A stretch of DNA of 62,741 nucleotides, filler included. It is 3 parts of 3 records of this genome, joined end to end, with 100 filler letters (N's around TTAATTAATTAA, not from the genome) between each part and the next. Parts side by side here need not be neighbours in the genome. Positions count along the whole stretch, not along the records: positions 1 to 31,785 come from SRR20825019_471; 2 more parts are not named here. One strand, given 5' to 3'. The notes under the pieces are model-generated. The model was not told where the DNA came from. It worked only from the letters and a program-made list of their open reading frames with translations, and ran no database searches. The position numbers were made by a program, and so were the translations under genes. Shown in pieces: positions 20,969 through 31,281 of the stretch (its first letter is position 1; every line of letters starts with the position of its first letter).

Positions 20969-22042
20969 ATGACCCAGATCGCACCCGGCGGTACTATTGG
21001 TATTTTAGGCGGCGGCCAGCTTGGCCGTATGCTCGCGCTCGCGGCGGCCAATTTTGGTTATCGCTGCCATGTCTTTTGTCCAGACAAACGCAGCCCCGCC
21101 TTTCAGGTGGCTCATAAGGTCACCATCGCAGACTATGAAGACGAAGAGGCGCTTGAGGCTTTTTCGCGCGATGTGGACGTGGCCACATACGAGTTTGAAA
21201 ATGTCCCTGCGGTGACGGCGGAACTGGTGGCGCGCGATACGCTGTTGCGCCCCGGAGTGAAAGCGCTCAAGACTACGCAGGACCGTTTGCTTGAGAAAGA
21301 CTTTCTCAACGAATCTGGTGTGAAAACCGCCCCCTATAAAGCGTTTGAGACGGAAGAAGAGCTGAAGCTGGCGATGAAAGAGATTGGCCGTCCGGCTGTC
21401 GCTAAAACCCGGCGGTTTGGCTATGACGGCAAAGGGCAGGTGATGATCAAGTCCCGCGCGGACCTTGACCGTGTGATGGAAGTCACTGGCGGCGCACCCG
21501 CAATCCTTGAAGGTTTTGTGACCTTTGACCGTGAAGTGAGTGTTGTGGTTGCGCGCTCTGCCTCTGGCGACGTCGCGGCATTCCCGGTTTCTGAAAACGT
21601 TCATACCAACCACATCCTTGATACCACGACCGTCCCTGCTGCGATTTCAGAGATGCTGGAAGCCAAAGCCAAAGTGATGGCGACCCGCGTGGCCAATGCG
21701 CTTGAATATGTGGGTGTGATGGCGGTCGAGATGTTCATCAACGACGGTGCAGGCGATATTGTGGTGAACGAGATTGCCCCCCGCGTGCACAATAGCGGGC
21801 ATTGGACAATTGAAGGTGCTCACACCAGCCAGTTTGAACAGCATATCCGCGCGATATGTGACCTGCCACTTGGCGGCACCGACGCCAGAGGCAAGGTGCG
21901 GATGAAAAACCTGCTGGGGACCGAGATTTTGGATTACGAGCCGTATCTGGCTGACCCCAAGGCCTATTTCCACCATTACGGTAAACAGGAACCACGCCCC
22001 GGCCGCAAGATGGGCCATGTAACATGGGTCGAGACAGACTGA
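20969..22042 (+). CDS. purK: N5-CAIR synthase
   Basis: GGGQLGRM, EFEN, GYDGKGQ, NEIAPRVHNSGH and RKMGH motifs. Confidence 0.97.
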   Translation: MTQIAPGGTIGILGGGQLGRMLALAAANFGYRCHVFCPDKRSPAFQVAHKVTIADYEDEEALEAFSRDVDVATYEFENVPAVTAELVARDTLLRPGVKALKTTQDRLLEKDFLNESGVKTAPYKAFETEEELKLAMKEIGRPAVAKTRRFGYDGKGQVMIKSRADLDRVMEVTGGAPAILEGFVTFDREVSVVVARSASGDVAAFPVSENVHTNHILDTTTVPAAISEMLEAKAKVMATRVANALEYVGVMAVEMFINDGAGDIVVNEIAPRVHNSGHWTIEGAHTSQFEQHIRAICDLPLGGTDARGKVRMKNLLGTEILDYEPYLADPKAYFHHYGKQEPRPGRKMGHVTWVETD

Positions 22043-22044
22043 CG

Positions 22045-22068
22045 AAAAAGGAGGCCTTCGCCTCCTTT
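22045..22068. terminator. Bidirectional terminator
   Basis: AAAGGAGGC-cttc-GCCTCCTTT between convergent genes. Confidence 0.7.
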
Positions 22069-22071
22069 AAC

Positions 22072-22977
22072 TTATATCTCCCGAAGTTCAGGCCGAGGCG
22101 CTAGTGTCTCAGGTGTCTGGATGTTTGATACCAGCCCCAATCTTTCGAACAGCACTAACACCCACCATCCTGGGTCACTTTGGCCCCTCTCCAGTCCAAT
22201 TTTGGCCGATCCGGGGAAGGCGTGGTGATTATTGTGCCAGCATTCTCCGAAGGTGATGAGACCAGCGAACTTGATGTTGTACCCCTGTACGCCAGCACCA
22301 TCGACGTGCCAGTGACGATGGCCTTGCCGGTGAGCGAAGTGCCCAATTAGCCAATGACCTGTGATGCATGCCGCTACCCGCGCGCAGCCACCCCATAAAA
22401 CCCAGTCTATACCCCCCATGGCATAAAGGAGTATGGCTGGAGGTAGTTGTTGCCACATCCAGGTGCGGTCAATAAAGTGGTAAAATCGATCTCGTTTTAT
22501 GCGATCTTCGATCTTGAGAGTTGGTGGGAAATCGAGTTTCAAGTCGCAGCATAGCTGCCAAAAGGCGTCTTGGAAGAATGGGCGCCTGTGCGCGAAATAG
22601 TCGTGGCACGCGTTTTGGCGCTGGGCCCAGTCGCGTAGATCATGCGTTTGAATCATTCCGTAAGGGCCAGCGAGCCCTACAAGCGTACCAAGATACACCA
22701 TGATATATTCAAGCCACCGCGGACAGTCGAAGCTGTTGTGGATAAGCCGACGGTGCATACCGAGCGAATGACCGAAACACAAAACTCCTGCGGTGGATAC
22801 TAAAAACACAGCGAGGTTCTGCCAGCTGAAATACCAACAGGCCGCGATGATAGTGCCAGCATACATGGCCAGTACCCAAGCTGTCTTGGCTGCGGACCAA
22901 ACAACGTGCCCCGATATAGCTGAAGCCTGTGAGTCCTCTTTGAACCTTGGTTTGTCGATCCCGTTTGACATTGCCAT
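22072..22977 (-). CDS. Membrane acyl-CoA/acyl-lipid (delta-9-like) desaturase
   Basis: His boxes HRRLIH and GECWHNNHH; DPGWW motif; the middle box is atypical (HDLRD). Confidence 0.85.
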   Translation of the reverse strand: MAMSNGIDKPRFKEDSQASAISGHVVWSAAKTAWVLAMYAGTIIAACWYFSWQNLAVFLVSTAGVLCFGHSLGMHRRLIHNSFDCPRWLEYIMVYLGTLVGLAGPYGMIQTHDLRDWAQRQNACHDYFAHRRPFFQDAFWQLCCDLKLDFPPTLKIEDRIKRDRFYHFIDRTWMWQQLPPAILLYAMGGIDWVLWGGCARVAACITGHWLIGHFAHRQGHRHWHVDGAGVQGYNIKFAGLITFGECWHNNHHAFPGSAKIGLERGQSDPGWWVLVLFERLGLVSNIQTPETLAPRPELREI

Positions 22978-23025
22978 GATAGATTTCTCCCATTCCCTCT
23001 TGATCCAAATCGCGTGAGATATTAT

Positions 23026-23088
23026 TATTTAGCTAAATAGCTAATTACGAATTATATGAATTTAGATATTTAGTCAATAAGCTAAATA
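23026..23088. promoter_or_regulatory. Two palindromic operators TATTTAG-N8-CTAAWTA for the ArsR regulator
   Basis: Sites at 23026-23047 and 23067-23088 in the AT-rich divergent intergenic region. Confidence 0.75.
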
Positions 23089-23106
23089 ACGAAGCAAGGA
23101 AGTTTT

Positions 23107-23448
23107 ATGGATAAGGTGTTTCAGGCATTGTCCTCCAGTGTTCGCCGGCAGATTTTGGCGTATCTATCGAGTGCAAGTATGACCGCAGGCGAAATTGCGG
23201 ATCGCTTTGATATCAGCAAGCCTTCTCTCTCAAAGCATCTCGCTATTCTCGAAAATGCCGGTCTGGTTTCAAAGGAAAAACAAGGTCAGTATGTTCACTA
23301 CGCTTTGGTGCCAGACAACCTGACGAACACCCTGGCAGGGTTTGTGATGGAAGTGTGTCCAGTGGGGCGGCCCTTGAAAAAAGAAAGTCGAGAGAAGGCC
23401 GCGCGAGACCAGATGGATGCTCCCTTGAAAGCGGACTCCGAAGGCTAG
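23107..23448 (+). CDS. ArsR/SmtB family transcriptional regulator
   Basis: FQALSS.VRRQIL, TAGEIA..F.ISKPSLSKHL..L..AGLV and GQYVHY motifs. Confidence 0.92.
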   Translation: MDKVFQALSSSVRRQILAYLSSASMTAGEIADRFDISKPSLSKHLAILENAGLVSKEKQGQYVHYALVPDNLTNTLAGFVMEVCPVGRPLKKESREKAARDQMDAPLKADSEG

Positions 23449-23534
23449 AGAAAAAGGGAGGCATGTGCCTCCTTTTCTTTTGAGGGTCACTGATGGAACT
23501 TGCTTGTTCCTGCTTTTCAGTCGCCGCAACCTGA

Positions 23535-24200
23535 TCAGGCCCGGTGCAGCACCCATGTGGCGTGGTCAGCCTCAGCCCTGAAGCCGTGCTTTTCAGCAAA
23601 GGCATAAACGATCTTGCGCATGGGGTAGCCTTTGGTGCGGCCCCAGTGCCAGTCATCCCCGGTGATCTGGGCGTCAGGCCACAGGGTGTGACACACTTCC
23701 AAGTCATTCGCCTGTTTGTTCGCATCAATATAAATCAGCTCAGGCTCCAGTCCCATATCATTCAGCCCATAAAGTGCGTCTGGCGACAGGCCGCGGACGG
23801 GTACAAAGCGCGCTTCAAAGCCGCGAAGGTTGGCAAGCGCTGTGGGGAAGGGCCCGTGCTGTGCGATATCAGCAGCGAAGCGTTCCTGTACCCTGCGTTC
23901 AGGGTAGGCACGGGTAAGCGCGGGCCTGCCCACATAGCGCGCGCACTGCTCAATAAGGCCGTCGTTCCACGGGTCAATGCCAACTACCTTGAGGTCCGGG
24001 TCAAGCGAAAGCCAGCGTTTTGTGCTCGCGCAGAGGAAACATCCAATCTCAAGCATAACCGCTGGTTTACGCTCAAGGATGATGGCATCCACCAGCTGCC
24101 GCCCACCACCACCCAACGTATAGTCCCACGCCGTGACGCCGGTGGTATCCGGCCAAGGGTGTTTGGCAGCCAAGGTTTCAAATGCGTGGGTCATCGGCAA
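23535..24200 (-). CDS. Class I SAM-dependent methyltransferase (Methyltransf_24-like)
   Basis: MLEIGCFLCAST, VGIDPW, IYIDA and GDDW motifs. Confidence 0.75.
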   Translation of the reverse strand: MPMTHAFETLAAKHPWPDTTGVTAWDYTLGGGGRQLVDAIILERKPAVMLEIGCFLCASTKRWLSLDPDLKVVGIDPWNDGLIEQCARYVGRPALTRAYPERRVQERFAADIAQHGPFPTALANLRGFEARFVPVRGLSPDALYGLNDMGLEPELIYIDANKQANDLEVCHTLWPDAQITGDDWHWGRTKGYPMRKIVYAFAEKHGFRAEADHATWVLHRA

Positions 24201-24257
24201 TGCAGTCCAGATAGAAAAAGGGCGCGAACTGCCGCCGCGCCCTGATCGTTCAAATCC

Positions 24258-24911
24258 TTAAAGGATCGAGAAGCCTGTGGCAGCCCAGTCTTTATCAAAA
24301 GCTGCGAGGCCGTTTGATGTCAGCGGATGGTTGAAAAGTTTCCGGAGCACATCAATCGGGAACGTCGCAACATCTGCGCCGATACGAGCTGATTCGAGGA
24401 TATGCGTGGGGTGGCGAACAGACGCCACAAGAATCTGCGTATCAAACTGGTAATTGTCATAGATCGTGCGGATATCTTCGATCAGTTCCATGCCGTTGAA
24501 ACCAGCGTCATCATGACGGCCAACAAATGGCGAGATGAAGGTGGCACCTGCTTTTGCAGCCAGAAGCGCCTGGTTTGCGCTGAAACAAAGGGTCACATTC
24601 ACCATGATGCCTTCTGCGCGCAGGGCTTTACATGTTTTAAGCCCTTCGATGGTGAGGGGCACTTTAACCGCGATATTGTCCGCAATTTTCGCGCACTTGA
24701 GGCCTTCCTTGAGCATGGTTTCATGGTCGTGGGCAACAGTTTCAGCCGATACAGGGCCATCAACCTCGCTTGCGATTTCCTTGATCACTTCAAAAAACTC
24801 GCGGCCAGCTTTTTTGATGAGTGAAGGGTTTGTTGTTACGCCGTCGAGAAGGCCGGTGGCGTTTGCTTCGCGGATTTCGTCGATGTTGGCGGTATCGAGG
24901 AAGAATTTCAT
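24258..24911 (-). CDS. fsa: Fructose-6-phosphate aldolase / transaldolase family 3B
   Basis: FFLDTAN, GVTTNPS, VKVP, NVTL.FS and SPFVGR motifs. Confidence 0.93.
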   Translation of the reverse strand: MKFFLDTANIDEIREANATGLLDGVTTNPSLIKKAGREFFEVIKEIASEVDGPVSAETVAHDHETMLKEGLKCAKIADNIAVKVPLTIEGLKTCKALRAEGIMVNVTLCFSANQALLAAKAGATFISPFVGRHDDAGFNGMELIEDIRTIYDNYQFDTQILVASVRHPTHILESARIGADVATFPIDVLRKLFNHPLTSNGLAAFDKDWAATGFSIL

Positions 24912-25122
24912 CTTATGCTCCTTGGGCCCCTTTAGGGCGCTGAGTAGTAGGCTTTGGGTGGCCGCAATTGGTTGAGAATGCTCTAGGCCGCACCATAAAA
25001 CGGATTTCCCGGCTTGCCTAATGAATGTTTGCTATCTTTTCAACCCGTGTTTTCTATTGAAACAGGGAGATTGCGAATAGCCTGTGGCTTCCATATGGTG
25101 CGACGGCATATCCTGCAGGACC

Positions 25123-27417
25123 ATGACAATGAAACAACGCACATTTGACCTCGGCGATGTGGCCCCAAAGCCTGAAGCGCCAGAACTGCCGGGCCCGGAC
25201 AGCCTCTCCGCGCCGGAAGGCCCGCGTGCGCGTGTGTTACTGCCGGTGCCGGCGCTTGGTGTGCTTGACTATGGAGTGCCAAGCCATCTGGTGGACCGGA
25301 TTACACCTGGCGCGGTGGTGGAAGTGCCGCTCGCGGGCCGCACGGCCACCGGCGTGGTGTGGGATAGTGCGGCCGATGGTGGCCCAGCAGAGGGCGGCAA
25401 AAAGCTGCCGTATGGCAAGCTGAAGGCGATAGAGGGTATTCTCGACCTGCTGCCTATGCGGCAAGACCTCAGGCGTTTTATTGACTGGGTTTCGGCTTAC
25501 ACACTCTCAGCGCCCGGCCCGGTCCTAAGGATGAGCTTGCCAGCGTCTGCCGCCCTTCAGGCTGTGCCTGTAAAACGGCACTATAGGGCAACGGGCGCGA
25601 GTGTGGACGGTGTGCGCTTGACGGCGGCGCGGGAAGCTGTGCTCAAGGTGTTAGCGGACGGGAAACCGCGGATGGCGCCTGAAGTCGCATCGCTCGCTGG
25701 TGTATCCGACACCGTGGTGCGCAGCCTTGAGAAAACCGGCCTTGTGGAAGGCATGGATATATCTGTTGATCTACCTTATCCGCAGCCGGACGCAAATTTG
25801 GATGGGCCCACCTTGTCTGATGAGCAAGCGGAAGCCGCGCGCGCCATTCGTGACAAAGTCTGGGAAGGTGGTTTTGCCCCTTTCCTTCTCGACGGCATCA
25901 CCGGCTCTGGCAAAACAGAGGTCTATTTTGAAGGGCTGGCGGAGGCCCTGAAGACAAAAGGCGCGCAAGTTTTGGTTCTGGTGCCTGAGATAGCGCTTAC
26001 CAGCCAGTGGCTGGACCGCTTTGAAGCCCGGTTCGGGGTGGTGCCTGTGGTTTGGCACTCGGAAGTGGGGCAGGCCGAGCGCAGAAGGGCGTGGCGCGCG
26101 GTGGCATCTGGCGAAGCCCGTGTGGTTGTGGGCGCACGCTCTGCCTTGTTCCTGCCGTTCAAGCATCTGGCATTCATCACAGTGGACGAGGAACACGACC
26201 CGTCTTTCAAGCAGGAAGAAGGCGTGATGTATCACGCGCGGGACATGGCTATCGTTCGGGCCAAGCTGGCGGAATGCCCCATCGTGCTCGCGAGCGCCAC
26301 ACCCTCGCTTGAGACACTGGTAAATGCGGACGAAGGACGCTTTGAAAAGCTGATCCTTCGCGAACGGCACGGCAATGCTGTGCTGCCCGAAATGCGTGCC
26401 ATTGATATGCGGCATGAACCGCCTGAGGCTGGCACCTGGCTCTCGCCCGTGCTGGTGAGAGAGATTGAAGATACATTGGCGGCGGGCGAGCAGATCATGC
26501 TGTTCCTGAACCGCCGGGGCTATGCACCGCTTACGCTGTGCCGCACGTGCGGCTTCAGGATTGAATGCCCAAGCTGCTCTGCCTGGCTTGTGGAACACCG
26601 TTTCCGGCGCGAGCTGCAATGCCATCACTGCGGCCACGTTGAACCTATCCCTGAAGCATGCCCTGAATGCAAAAGCGAAGACAGCCTTGTAGCCTGTGGG
26701 CCTGGGGTTGAGCGCTTGTTTGAAGAGGTGAGCACAAGATTCCCCGCAGCGCGGACCTCTGTGATGACATCAGACACCATGATGAGCCCAAGCGCGACCG
26801 CTCATATGGTGGGGCAGATCGCGAGCGGCCACCTTGATATCGTTATCGGCACCCAGATTGTGACCAAAGGCTACCACTTCCCCAACCTGACGCTTGTGGG
26901 GGTGGTGGACGCAGACCTTGGCCTAAGGGGTGGTGACCTGCGGGCAGGTGAGCGGACATACCAGCAAATGGTGCAGGTTGCTGGCCGAGCGGGGCGGGCC
27001 GAGAAGCCGGGGCGCGTTTTCCTGCAATCTTATGAGCCGGAGCATCCAGTGGTGCAGGCGCTGCTATCAGGCGATGGTGATGCCTTTATGGCGGCTGAAA
27101 AAGAATCGCGGGCACGGCACCATATGCCGCCTTTTGGCCGACTAGTGGGCCTCATTTTGTCGGGTCAGGATATGAAGGACGTGCTCGACACAGGCCGCAT
27201 GCTGGCAGCAAAAGCACCGATGGAGCACGGTGTTGCGGTTGTTGGACCGGCGCCAGCACCAATGGCAAGGGTGCGAGGGCATCACCGCTTCCGTATGCTG
27301 GTGCACACAAAAAAAGAAGTACGCGTACAGAAGCTGGTTTACGACTGGCTGATGTCAGTGAAGGCTAAAAAAGGCGTGCGCATCAAAGTTGATATCGACC
27401 CCTATAGCTTTATGTAG
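25123..27417 (+). CDS. priA: Primosomal protein N'
   Basis: GITGSGKTE, DEEH, SATP, Cys-rich region and QVAGRAGR motifs. Confidence 0.96.
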   Translation: MTMKQRTFDLGDVAPKPEAPELPGPDSLSAPEGPRARVLLPVPALGVLDYGVPSHLVDRITPGAVVEVPLAGRTATGVVWDSAADGGPAEGGKKLPYGKLKAIEGILDLLPMRQDLRRFIDWVSAYTLSAPGPVLRMSLPASAALQAVPVKRHYRATGASVDGVRLTAAREAVLKVLADGKPRMAPEVASLAGVSDTVVRSLEKTGLVEGMDISVDLPYPQPDANLDGPTLSDEQAEAARAIRDKVWEGGFAPFLLDGITGSGKTEVYFEGLAEALKTKGAQVLVLVPEIALTSQWLDRFEARFGVVPVVWHSEVGQAERRRAWRAVASGEARVVVGARSALFLPFKHLAFITVDEEHDPSFKQEEGVMYHARDMAIVRAKLAECPIVLASATPSLETLVNADEGRFEKLILRERHGNAVLPEMRAIDMRHEPPEAGTWLSPVLVREIEDTLAAGEQIMLFLNRRGYAPLTLCRTCGFRIECPSCSAWLVEHRFRRELQCHHCGHVEPIPEACPECKSEDSLVACGPGVERLFEEVSTRFPAARTSVMTSDTMMSPSATAHMVGQIASGHLDIVIGTQIVTKGYHFPNLTLVGVVDADLGLRGGDLRAGERTYQQMVQVAGRAGRAEKPGRVFLQSYEPEHPVVQALLSGDGDAFMAAEKESRARHHMPPFGRLVGLILSGQDMKDVLDTGRMLAAKAPMEHGVAVVGPAPAPMARVRGHHRFRMLVHTKKEVRVQKLVYDWLMSVKAKKGVRIKVDIDPYSFM

Positions 27418-27481
27418 GGTATCTTTTAACTGCTGCCGTTCTAAGCATGGCAGATGGATGGAAATGGCGGCATAGTTTTAT

Positions 27482-28033
27482 ATGGTCTGGATTATTTGTG
27501 GCCCCAGTTCTGCTGGAAAGAGTACCTACTTCCACAGCGTGGCAAGGAAACCCTTTGATAATAATGAACCCGTGGACCTTCTCTTCCCTTCTGACGTCAA
27601 GTCGGGCCCGGTGGATGGGGTAATACACTATAATATCCTACAAAACCTAAGCGTAGAAAAAGATGAAAGCGGGACCGTTCAGGTGGTGCTGCCTCCATAT
27701 GGGTCATGTCAGTTCTGGACCAAGTTGGTTGAAGATTATGGAAACGATATTAATGCCATAGTATTGGTTTGTAGCCAGAAGGAGCTGCTTAGGCGCGTTG
27801 AAACACGCACGGTCATTGAGCTTTACGCGAAAGACTCGCGTAAGCATCCGGCTTACGATAGCGAATTCTGGGATTTTATATATCGAACCGTCGATATGAC
27901 GAAAGTATACTACAGGTGGCTGACGGAGTTGGAACGCCGAGGTGTGCGGTATCGTTTGATTGATAGCACTAGCGAGGGCTACACCAACATCAAGTCAAAA
28001 ACTGACGCATTTGAGTTGATTGGTGGCGCCTGA
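27482..28033 (+). CDS. Hypothetical P-loop protein (kinase/sulfotransferase-like)
   Basis: N-terminal Walker A GPSSAGKST; AT-richer than its neighbours. Confidence 0.6.
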   Translation: MVWIICGPSSAGKSTYFHSVARKPFDNNEPVDLLFPSDVKSGPVDGVIHYNILQNLSVEKDESGTVQVVLPPYGSCQFWTKLVEDYGNDINAIVLVCSQKELLRRVETRTVIELYAKDSRKHPAYDSEFWDFIYRTVDMTKVYYRWLTELERRGVRYRLIDSTSEGYTNIKSKTDAFELIGGA

Positions 28034-28199
28034 AAAACGGCCTTCCTGTGATGGCGTTTGGTTCTCATATATGAACAAAGTGGGTGTTGGCCTCGTTTTT
28101 TGTGGCTGCGCCAATAACTATGTGCCAACCCGAATGACGGTTTATCTAGCCCGATAACCTGATTCGAGTTGGCGTTATATGGTGAAGCCGCTTTAGCTA

Positions 28200-28544
28200 T
28201 TAGCCTTGGTATTCGGCTTTCAACGCTTCCAGTTCTTCCTGGTGGCGCTGCTTCATTTCCTGCTTTGCGTCAGCATGACGGTCCATCACTTCTTTTTGCT
28301 CTTCAGGGGATTTATCACCCATCTGAGCAATCTCAGAACGCTGTTGGTCCATCAGTTGGTTCCACTCCTGATGCTGGCGGTCTTTCAGTTCACGAAGTTT
28401 TTGAGCAAACTCCTTGTCCTTCGCGACCTGATCCTGAGCAATGCCAGCCAAAGGTGCTGATGCTGTTGCAGAAACAGCGGGTGCCACAAAGCCTGACAAG
28501 GCGATAGTGGCTGCGAGTACAGTCTTTGTCATCATGTGTTTCAT
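28200..28544 (-). CDS. Small secreted alpha-helical protein
   Basis: Signal peptide, GGGAG RBS, Q/E/K/H-rich helices. Confidence 0.75.
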   Translation of the reverse strand: MKHMMTKTVLAATIALSGFVAPAVSATASAPLAGIAQDQVAKDKEFAQKLRELKDRQHQEWNQLMDQQRSEIAQMGDKSPEEQKEVMDRHADAKQEMKQRHQEELEALKAEYQG

Positions 28545-28710
28545 AGTTCACACTCCCTTGAATTAGCCCCCTTGAGTTAGTTTATGCTGCCGTAAATTGT
28601 AAAAAATAGGGCGGTAAGGTGCCCAAAATGAGAATGCGCCTCATTGTGCGGGCTAGCCTGGGGTGTTAATAGCGGGTAATTGGCAGTAAATGCTTGGTTC
28701 TGGGGGACTT

Positions 28711-30324
28711 ATGACGGCAGACGTCAGCGATACGGCGGTAGAGATATATAAGGACGCAACATGCTTGCCTGTTTTTTGTCCTGTCCCTCGAAGGCCCGGA
28801 AAAGGTGGGGTATTCGACAAGGAGAAGCGGCTCATCCGCTCAACTCTGTTATTGCGCCACAATTTCCCGTCGGGGGTAAAACCTGTTGACCGGCCTGATC
28901 TCGAGCATGATCCGGCAGTGAAAACCGAGCGGATCGTGCGAGAGGGCACGATAGGGGAAACTGAAAGCTGGCTTAAAGGCCGGTATATATTTGGCGGCTA
29001 TTTCTTCTATCACTACGGTCATTTCCTTTTGGAGACCCTGACGCGCCTTTGGTATTTTAAACAGTTCCCTGACGTTCCCGTGATTTGGATTTCTTTTGAG
29101 GGCGACGACTTTGCTGACTGGCATGTGGACCTTATTCGGCAATTGGGCGCAACCAATGAAATAATTTGCCTCAAACATCAAACAGAGGTGGAAAGCCTGG
29201 CTATTCCTGAGCCAGGCTATGTCATCTCAAGCCGGTATTGGGACTGTCAGGTTGATGCTTTGGCTATGGTGCGAGGCTATGCGCCCAAGGCAGGCAAGAA
29301 GGTATGGCTGTCGCGCAGTAGCCTGAAGAAGGGCGTTATACTTAACGAATCGCTTCTAGAGGAATGTCTGACTGCGTCAGGGTGGACGATCTATCAGCCG
29401 GAAGCCCATTCTATCGCAGACCAGGTCAAAATGTTGGCTGACGCAGAAGAGATCGCGGGTATTGAGGGATCGGCACTGCATACACTTGTGCTGATGCCGG
29501 ATTACCGGGGGCGGGTCAACATATTCGACCGTGTGCATGTATCAGACTTCGAAATGATTGCAGATAAACTGGGCGTGTCGCAACGCATGATACAAGTGCA
29601 GCGTATGTCGCTGCATATCATTGCCAACACCTGGCCGAATGAAATCAACAGTTGGTGGAAAGACCTTGATGAGGTGCTTGGCCACCTTGATGTTGTTCGC
29701 CCGAGCTATGCAGGGCAAGCTATCGATCAACGGCTGGCGGCAATAACAGGGTCCGTTGCCAAGTATTTTGGCGCCAAGAATTGTATGGAGCTTTGGCCGG
29801 AACATAACACTGCCGCAGCAGGCCTTGCGGGATTGCAGCGATACTTGATCACCAATCGGGCGCGATTCGATGTTGCCGCTGCGAAACAGTCTGGTGTTAA
29901 TCATTTTGATGTTCGGCCTGATGTCTTCTTCGCGACAGCCTGTCTTCGTGCGCCAATCGACCTGTTTGTTTTTCGGGCAGCAGATGAGGGCGACAATGTA
30001 GAGCAGACTTTTTACGGAAGTCTGGACGTTAGCCACGTCAATTCGCTTTGGATCATGGATATCCCTGTCGAAGATGCTGCGGTACGGAAGCCGTTTGAGC
30101 GGATAATGAACAGCAACCCGGCGCTTAGCGCGGCGCGCATTCAGGGATCTAGCTATATATTGCTATGGCGGGCTATACGTTCCTTGGCTGTTACCAGTCT
30201 TGAATGGCTACGGCGTCAGGACCTGGGCCAAGGCGCCAAATGGGAGCTGCCGACCATGTCCCTCAACGATGTAGCCAAGCAGATAGAGATGGATCGCAAG
30301 AAAAACCGCTCAAATGCACTCTAA
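28711..30324 (+). CDS. Glycosyltransferase family 61 (DUF563) with a C-terminal methyltransferase-like domain
   Basis: HYGHFLLETLTRLW, VWLSR, NESLLE, SIADQV and GSALH motifs. Confidence 0.8.
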   Translation: MTADVSDTAVEIYKDATCLPVFCPVPRRPGKGGVFDKEKRLIRSTLLLRHNFPSGVKPVDRPDLEHDPAVKTERIVREGTIGETESWLKGRYIFGGYFFYHYGHFLLETLTRLWYFKQFPDVPVIWISFEGDDFADWHVDLIRQLGATNEIICLKHQTEVESLAIPEPGYVISSRYWDCQVDALAMVRGYAPKAGKKVWLSRSSLKKGVILNESLLEECLTASGWTIYQPEAHSIADQVKMLADAEEIAGIEGSALHTLVLMPDYRGRVNIFDRVHVSDFEMIADKLGVSQRMIQVQRMSLHIIANTWPNEINSWWKDLDEVLGHLDVVRPSYAGQAIDQRLAAITGSVAKYFGAKNCMELWPEHNTAAAGLAGLQRYLITNRARFDVAAAKQSGVNHFDVRPDVFFATACLRAPIDLFVFRAADEGDNVEQTFYGSLDVSHVNSLWIMDIPVEDAAVRKPFERIMNSNPALSAARIQGSSYILLWRAIRSLAVTSLEWLRRQDLGQGAKWELPTMSLNDVAKQIEMDRKKNRSNAL

Positions 30325-30720
30325 TGTTCGATTCGGATAAATGGGTCGCGAGCGTCCGGCGGAGATACCAATATTAGCTAAAGTATTCTAGCCTTGAGCC
30401 GAGTTTAAGGCTACCTCTTCTTGCGCTATGTATTATAAAGGCTATGCCGCGTCGCATGAAGGTCCTTAAGCGTACGATTTGCGGGCATTTGACTACTTCA
30501 AAACTGCCCAATCAATGATTGATGGGGAATTGCTGTACTAGGCGGCTTGCAAGCACGAATTCTCTATGCTAGAGGGAGCACGCATTTCGGCTGGCCATTG
30601 CCGTGAGGGGTATGAATTTCATACCAATCAAAACCGGCCAAAATTGAGCGTAGGTGAGCCAATACTCGGCCATCTGCAAAGGTTCAACAGGTTCAGACCT
30701 AACCTAGGGGAACGTCTGAC

Positions 30721-31281
30721 GTGACCTCGCACAAAGCGATAGTCTCTGGGATTTCCGGCCGCTATGCGGTAGCGCTTTTTGACCTCGCCATTGAGGAAAA
30801 GGCGCTCGATGCTGTCGAATCCGATCTCTCCAAGCTGAAAGCGATGATAGAAGATAGCGCGGACCTGCGTGATCTGGTGTCGTCGCCTCTCTTCAGCCGG
30901 GAACAACAGTCAAAAGGCATTATCAGTGTTGCGCAAGCCGCAAAGCTGAATGTGATGACTGAGAAATTCCTCGGCGTGCTCGCGGCGAATCGCCGCCTCG
31001 GCGCACTTGGTGCTATCATTTCTTCCTTTGAGAAGCTTCTCGCGCATCATCGCGGTGAAGTACGGGCAGAAGTTGTCAGCGCGCGCAAGCTCACGAAGAA
31101 ACAGCTCGGTGATCTTGAGAAGAAATTGAAACTGGCTGTCGGCCATGACGTGGCCATCGACGCTTCTGTTGATGAAACACTGCTCGGCGGTCTGACTGTA
31201 CAGGTTGGCTCCCGCATGGTGGATGACAGCCTTAAAACGAAACTCGATAACCTCGCAATCGCCATGAAAGGGGTTCAGTGA
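30721..31281 (+). CDS. atpH: ATP synthase F1 subunit delta
   Basis: [11 protein letters not shown] and [15 protein letters not shown] motifs. Confidence 0.96.
   Translation: MTSHKAIVSGISGRYAVALFDLAIEEKALDAVESDLSKLKAMIEDSADLRDLVSSPLFSREQQSKGIISVAQAAKLNVMTEKFLGVLAANRRLGALGAIISSFEKLLAHHRGEVRAEVVSARKLTKKQLGDLEKKLKLAVGHDVAIDASVDETLLGGLTVQVGSRMVDDSLKTKLDNLAIAMKGVQ

Noticed and set aside
23544-24245. 233-aa plus-strand ORF
   Set aside because: Shadow of the minus-strand methyltransferase, which has recognisable motifs
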